DNA from: Batkoa obscura
Lineage: Eukaryota
DNA length: 64,000 bases
NCBI GenBank assembly: GCA_030770535.1
Contig: JASVEC010000019.1
Coordinates: forward strand, 682,001-746,000
Direction of reading: 5' to 3'
Under the pieces are notes generated by a model that saw only the letters and a program-made list of their open reading frames with translations, had not been told where the DNA came from and ran no database searches. Below, piece by piece: positions 59,568 through 64,000 of the stretch (its first letter is position 1; every line of letters starts with the position of its first letter). The position numbers were made by a program, and so were the translations under genes.

Positions 59568-60917
59568 TCACAATGAGGTATCAGAAATGGCATTTAAAAG
59601 GTCGATAAACTTATTATCTCTAGCTTCATTTTTACGAACTTTGTCAATATTCAAATTATTCATTTTAATCCAATCATCGGGTAATGGAAGTCTCTTCTTA
59701 ATTCTACCAGGTGCTCCTGAGCTGCCAAGTGTAAGCCCTAAACTTGGTAAATTGCTACTTAAAAGGTCAATTGCTTGATCTGGGTTTGATTTTTTGACAT
59801 TTTCCAACAACCTTTGAAGTCCTACTCCATGTCCATTCCCATTTCCAAGCCCATATGCATTTCCATTTCCATTTCCGTTTCCATTTCCATTTCCATTTCC
59901 ATTTCCATTTCCATTTCCATTTCCATTTCCATTTCCATTTCCATTTCCATTTCCATTTCCATTTCCATTTCCATTTCCATTTCCATTTCCCTTCTCATTA
60001 GCCCTTCTAGCAAGATTCTGTATAGTAGCTGCATTATTTGTATTAAAATTTAAAGAAGGCTGGTATCTTGGATAAGTATAGCAAAAAAAAGGGTCTTTAG
60101 TATTGAAGGTAGATTGTACGGTAATTTGCCAGGTAACTAAAGAATCGGATGGTGAGACATTTTGGTCATAATAGTCACCTTCAAACTGATTTGAATCAGG
60201 ATGTCTTTGTTGCCATTCATACCATAACATATCAATAAAAGTATGATGTAACATAAATAGAGGATCGTTAGGAGAATACATTTGTCTGAAGTCATAGCTA
60301 CCGCCAATCTTTACATGAGGATCACCATGCTTCTCTTCTAAATTACCACAGAATTCTGAGAATTTATCATAGTTCAAAAAACTGTTTAATATGCTAGGGG
60401 GAGTAAAGCTAGATACACTACTACCTTGATCGTATCTTCTTTGCAAACAATGTAACTTTGGATAGTTGACATATAGTCCAGAAAATTTACCACTGTTGAG
60501 GCAATAATTTCTAGATCTATCACCATTCGCTCCCATATATGAATTAGATAATACAGCAGAATTAGCTGGATAGTCATAATCTTTCGACCAATCCCAATAA
60601 GGCAAATGAACACTTGAATCAATCTTTTGTAACTCTTTTTCATAGAGTCGAATATAATATCTATGCCATGGTAAAAACTTAGGAGTACCATGAGCATTAC
60701 CTTGAGCATTGTAGTGTATCTTTGAATAATTGTCATAAATAGTGAGGTTTCCACTACCTGCTTTAGTGGATTGAAGTTTTTTAGCAGCCCTTACAAAGCG
60801 AGTAAGCTCATCTTGAGTAAGCTCTCTAATTTCTTTACGCTGGTAAGGACTAGAACAATCCTGAGAAAAATAACCTGAAATAAGTAATAAAGATGGAAGT
60901 AATGATGTGAATTTCAT
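59568..60917 (-). CDS. Secreted tyrosinase (tandem paralog) with (GN)n linker
   Basis: Same copper-binding motifs; N-terminal ~263 aa identical to the 56589 copy. Confidence 0.95.
   Translation of the reverse strand: MKFTSLLPSLLLISGYFSQDCSSPYQRKEIRELTQDELTRFVRAAKKLQSTKAGSGNLTIYDNYSKIHYNAQGNAHGTPKFLPWHRYYIRLYEKELQKIDSSVHLPYWDWSKDYDYPANSAVLSNSYMGANGDRSRNYCLNSGKFSGLYVNYPKLHCLQRRYDQGSSVSSFTPPSILNSFLNYDKFSEFCGNLEEKHGDPHVKIGGSYDFRQMYSPNDPLFMLHHTFIDMLWYEWQQRHPDSNQFEGDYYDQNVSPSDSLVTWQITVQSTFNTKDPFFCYTYPRYQPSLNFNTNNAATIQNLARRANEKGNGNGNGNGNGNGNGNGNGNGNGNGNGNGNGNGNGNGNGNGNGNAYGLGNGNGHGVGLQRLLENVKKSNPDQAIDLLSSNLPSLGLTLGSSGAPGRIKKRLPLPDDWIKMNNLNIDKVRKNEARDNKFIDLLNAISDTSL
59859..59990. repeat. (TTTCCA)n microsatellite encoding (Gly-Asn)n
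   Basis: About 22 tandem hexamers, one variant unit. Confidence 0.95.
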
Positions 60918-62064
60918 TTCTATTTGTATTTGTTAATACTATAACTTTAAGTCCACTCTCTGATACTTATATATACTTTAAACCAATACGTAGATTTCTC
61001 CATGCACTTGATTCTATCCTATTTTTACTCTACTTTAAATACCTCTTCTTTAATTTTAAGTCTGCATAATATAAAATTAAGATTTTTATAAGCCTTCTTT
61101 AATCTAGTTATACATAAAGTTCCTCAATTATTTAGATAGGTTAAGGCCGACGAAATATGTGATTATAGTAATGTAGCTTTTTTACTTAAAAAAGAATCAA
61201 TTATTGTAACAAGATTCTGTATTGATCTTGTTAAAAAAGTAAAGAAACTTTTGAAGCAACCTTTGTTAGTTTTGTGGATTACTTTAACAATCCAAACTTA
61301 CAATCAATTTAAGCTTGAATTTAATTTCAAATTTACCAAAATAGTAGTTTTGGCCTATAAAATGGCATTGCAATTATAATGTCAAAATTGACTTAATTTA
61401 AATTAACAAAAATTAACAAAAGTTAGCAAAAATAATATAAATTAAGGTTTATTGAAGATCATATTAATCTAGCTTTGTTATTAGTTACTTGCTAAATATA
61501 AACACAAGAATAACTCTCTTTTATACTTTATTTATAATACTTTATTTATACATTATTTTTATAATAAAAATAGCTCATTGTAAATGCTAGTGATTTATGA
61601 ACCTTAATTTGAGTTATTTTGTATTTCCTTCATTTATGACTTATTAAAATACTTATTCTTTTCGTAGTAGAAATGTTTTACTATTCTATTTTTAAAATTA
61701 GACAATTGTCTCTAAATAATGAGGTATTTTGAAAATCAAAGCTGAGTTAAAACTGAAGTTGAAAGTTTGAAACTATACTTTTTTATAATATTGATACATA
61801 GTCTATATTAATATGTACATAGCTAAAAAATACATCATCTTTTGCAAAAAATCAAATGATGAGTATACAAAATTAATAAGCTATGATAACCCATGGTAAC
61901 TTCCTATAGAAACAAATAAAAACGTAACAATATCGACACATTATAATAACTACATCACATTAATTCAAACAATACATAGCCAAAAAACTATAACCTTATA
62001 AACCATATAGAAAACACCAACACATTGAAATCTCAAAATTAAACTTCTTATATTTTCAACTTTA

Positions 62065-63442
62065 TTAAATCTTTTTAACAATTTGGACCACATCTTCATC
62101 TTTTAAAATGTGTTCTTTACCTACTTTTTGTGGATTATGTTTGACTGAACTACCCCATACTTGAGCACTAAAAAGTTGGTTAATCACTCACACAATTATT
62201 TTTAAAAATTTAGAAATTTACTGTCTAAAGCGTTCCAAAATAGCTTTATGAATAGCTAAACAAAAATCTTCAACTGAGCATTTACCGTCCCTTAATACAA
62301 CAGGTTCATTATAATCTGGTAATTTACCTTTAGGTTTTGTATATCTAAATGAGAAAATATTATTTACTTTGATATACTTATACAAAAATAAATTCTTACA
62401 CCCTAACTAAACTAAGATATTTCCACATCATAGCCAACAACTCATCAAAATTCCATTCATGATGAGCAGAGATAGGAACTGCATGTGGAATTCTGTAAAT
62501 GAGATCTAATTCCTCAATAGAAATTTGATCAATTTTATTTAACACATAGATGGCAGGTACGTAAATTCTATTTCCTTCGATGACATCAATCAAATCATCA
62601 GCAGTTGCATCACATTTGAAAGAAACATCGGCATTATGAATCTTATATTCTGAAAGGATAGCTTTAACTTGATCCAAATCAAGATAAGATAAAGGTACTG
62701 TATTGGTCATATTAATCCCTCCTTTTTCCTTCTTTTTAAAGAAAATATTTGGTGGTTCTTTATTTAATCTTATACCAAAGCCTTCCAATTCTTTTTCAAT
62801 AATCGCTTTATGTGATAATGGTTTTAAGACATCCAATACTAAAAAGATTAAGGAACAGGTTCTAGCTACTGCTATAACCTGTTTACCACGACCTTTACCA
62901 TCTTTAGCTCCTTCAATAATACCAGGCAAATCTAAAATCTACTTAGTTTTATCAAAACTTTGATTTTAAATATTTGATAATCGAAATTACTTGTATTTTA
63001 GCTCCTTTATATTGAATCACACCTAAAATAAAATGAAAAGGTTAATAATTAATTTAACGTAAATATAAATTGGCTTACCAGGTACGGTTGTCAATGTTGT
63101 AAACTCATAAGCACCCACTTCAGAGTGAGTTCCTGTAAGCTTTGACATAAGTGTCGATTTACCAACAGAAGGAAAGCCAATAAAACCAACTCTAGCAACA
63201 CCGGTCTTTGCTACATCAAAACCAACTAAAAAAATACAATATCAGTTTTTATTGATTTCTTTTTTCTATTGATTTTACTTACCACCAGTACCACCCCCAC
63301 CGCCTGATTTTGGATCAATAAGTTCACGACGAAGCTTGGCTAATTTGGCTTTAAGCGTACCCAGATGGAAAGAAGTAGCTTTATTTTTTTGGGTTCGAGC
63401 CATCTCGAGCTCAATCTCTTTTATCTTATCTACTACCGACAT
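62065..63442 (-). CDS. RBG1: Developmentally regulated GTP-binding protein DRG1/Rbg1, multi-exon
   Basis: [59 protein letters not shown]-domain end [11 protein letters not shown]; short GT-AG introns. Confidence 0.95.
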
Positions 63443-63675
63443 CTTCTATAAACTTCTATATTCAATTTATTTTTATTTATTATAAAAAAACAAAATTCAG
63501 AAAAATGTTTAAAGAAGCTCTAAGTCCAAAATAAAACCTTGTTCTGATTGGTTAAAAATGTGAAAAGAATAAAATTGAAAATATAAAAAACTCATTTTAT
63601 TCAACTTTAAAAAAATTCGATTAACAAAAATAAACAACTAAAACTTTAATAAAAACTAATACAATAATTATTAAC

Positions 63676-64000
63676 TTATTCTGACTCTGAAGATGTAGAT
63701 TCGTAATTCTTATTATTACTAATCGCGCTAATTACTACTTTAGGTTTTACTTCCTCTTCTTCATCACTATAATCATCGGGATCTTCTGATGTAAATTCAT
63801 CCATAAAATGACCACCACTTTTGATCTTTTTAATCTTTTTTGGACTAGGAAGAATAGGATTCGAGACAAATTCAAGATCGTCTGATATAGAATCGATATC
63901 TTCTAAAATAAGTATGTTAGTTGTTATTTAATTCAAAAATTAAATAACAATCTTTACCCAAAATTCCAACTTTCTCCTCTTTCTTGTTCTCATTTGTTTT
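63676..64000 (-). CDS. 3' end of an unidentified gene (acidic tail), continues beyond the window
   Basis: Open frame EDIDSISDDLEFVSNPILPSPKKIKKIK...DDYSDEEEEVK...STSSESE* preceded by a GT-AG intron (~63903-63957). Confidence 0.65.

Overview
AT-rich eukaryotic nuclear DNA, almost certainly fungal. Very short (~45-60 nt) GT-AG introns and the gene content suggest an early-diverging lineage such as Entomophthoromycota (Conidiobolus-like); this is inference only. Conserved genes: a TCAB1/WRAP53-like WD40 protein, a REEP/Yop1-domain protein, a LigE-like glutathione S-transferase, an intronless ABCB/MDR transporter, a secreted S41 peptidase, two tandem secreted tyrosinases, the DRG GTPase RBG1, tRNA-Asp and initiator tRNA-Met. 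Lineage-specific content: a five-member array of secreted Gly/Asn/Gln/Tyr-rich proteins at 0.1-9 kb, three of them broken by Gln-to-stop changes; a second family of secreted Gly/Ser/Asn-rich proteins; two divergent homeobox paralogs; a three-member orphan family; and two decayed F-box/LRR genes. About 30 copies of one ~100-bp GGGG...CCCC MITE with 4-bp AT-rich target duplications are scattered through the intergenic DNA, some nested or inverted, and there is one copy of a second MITE-like element. No autonomous transposase, rRNA or CRISPR was seen.
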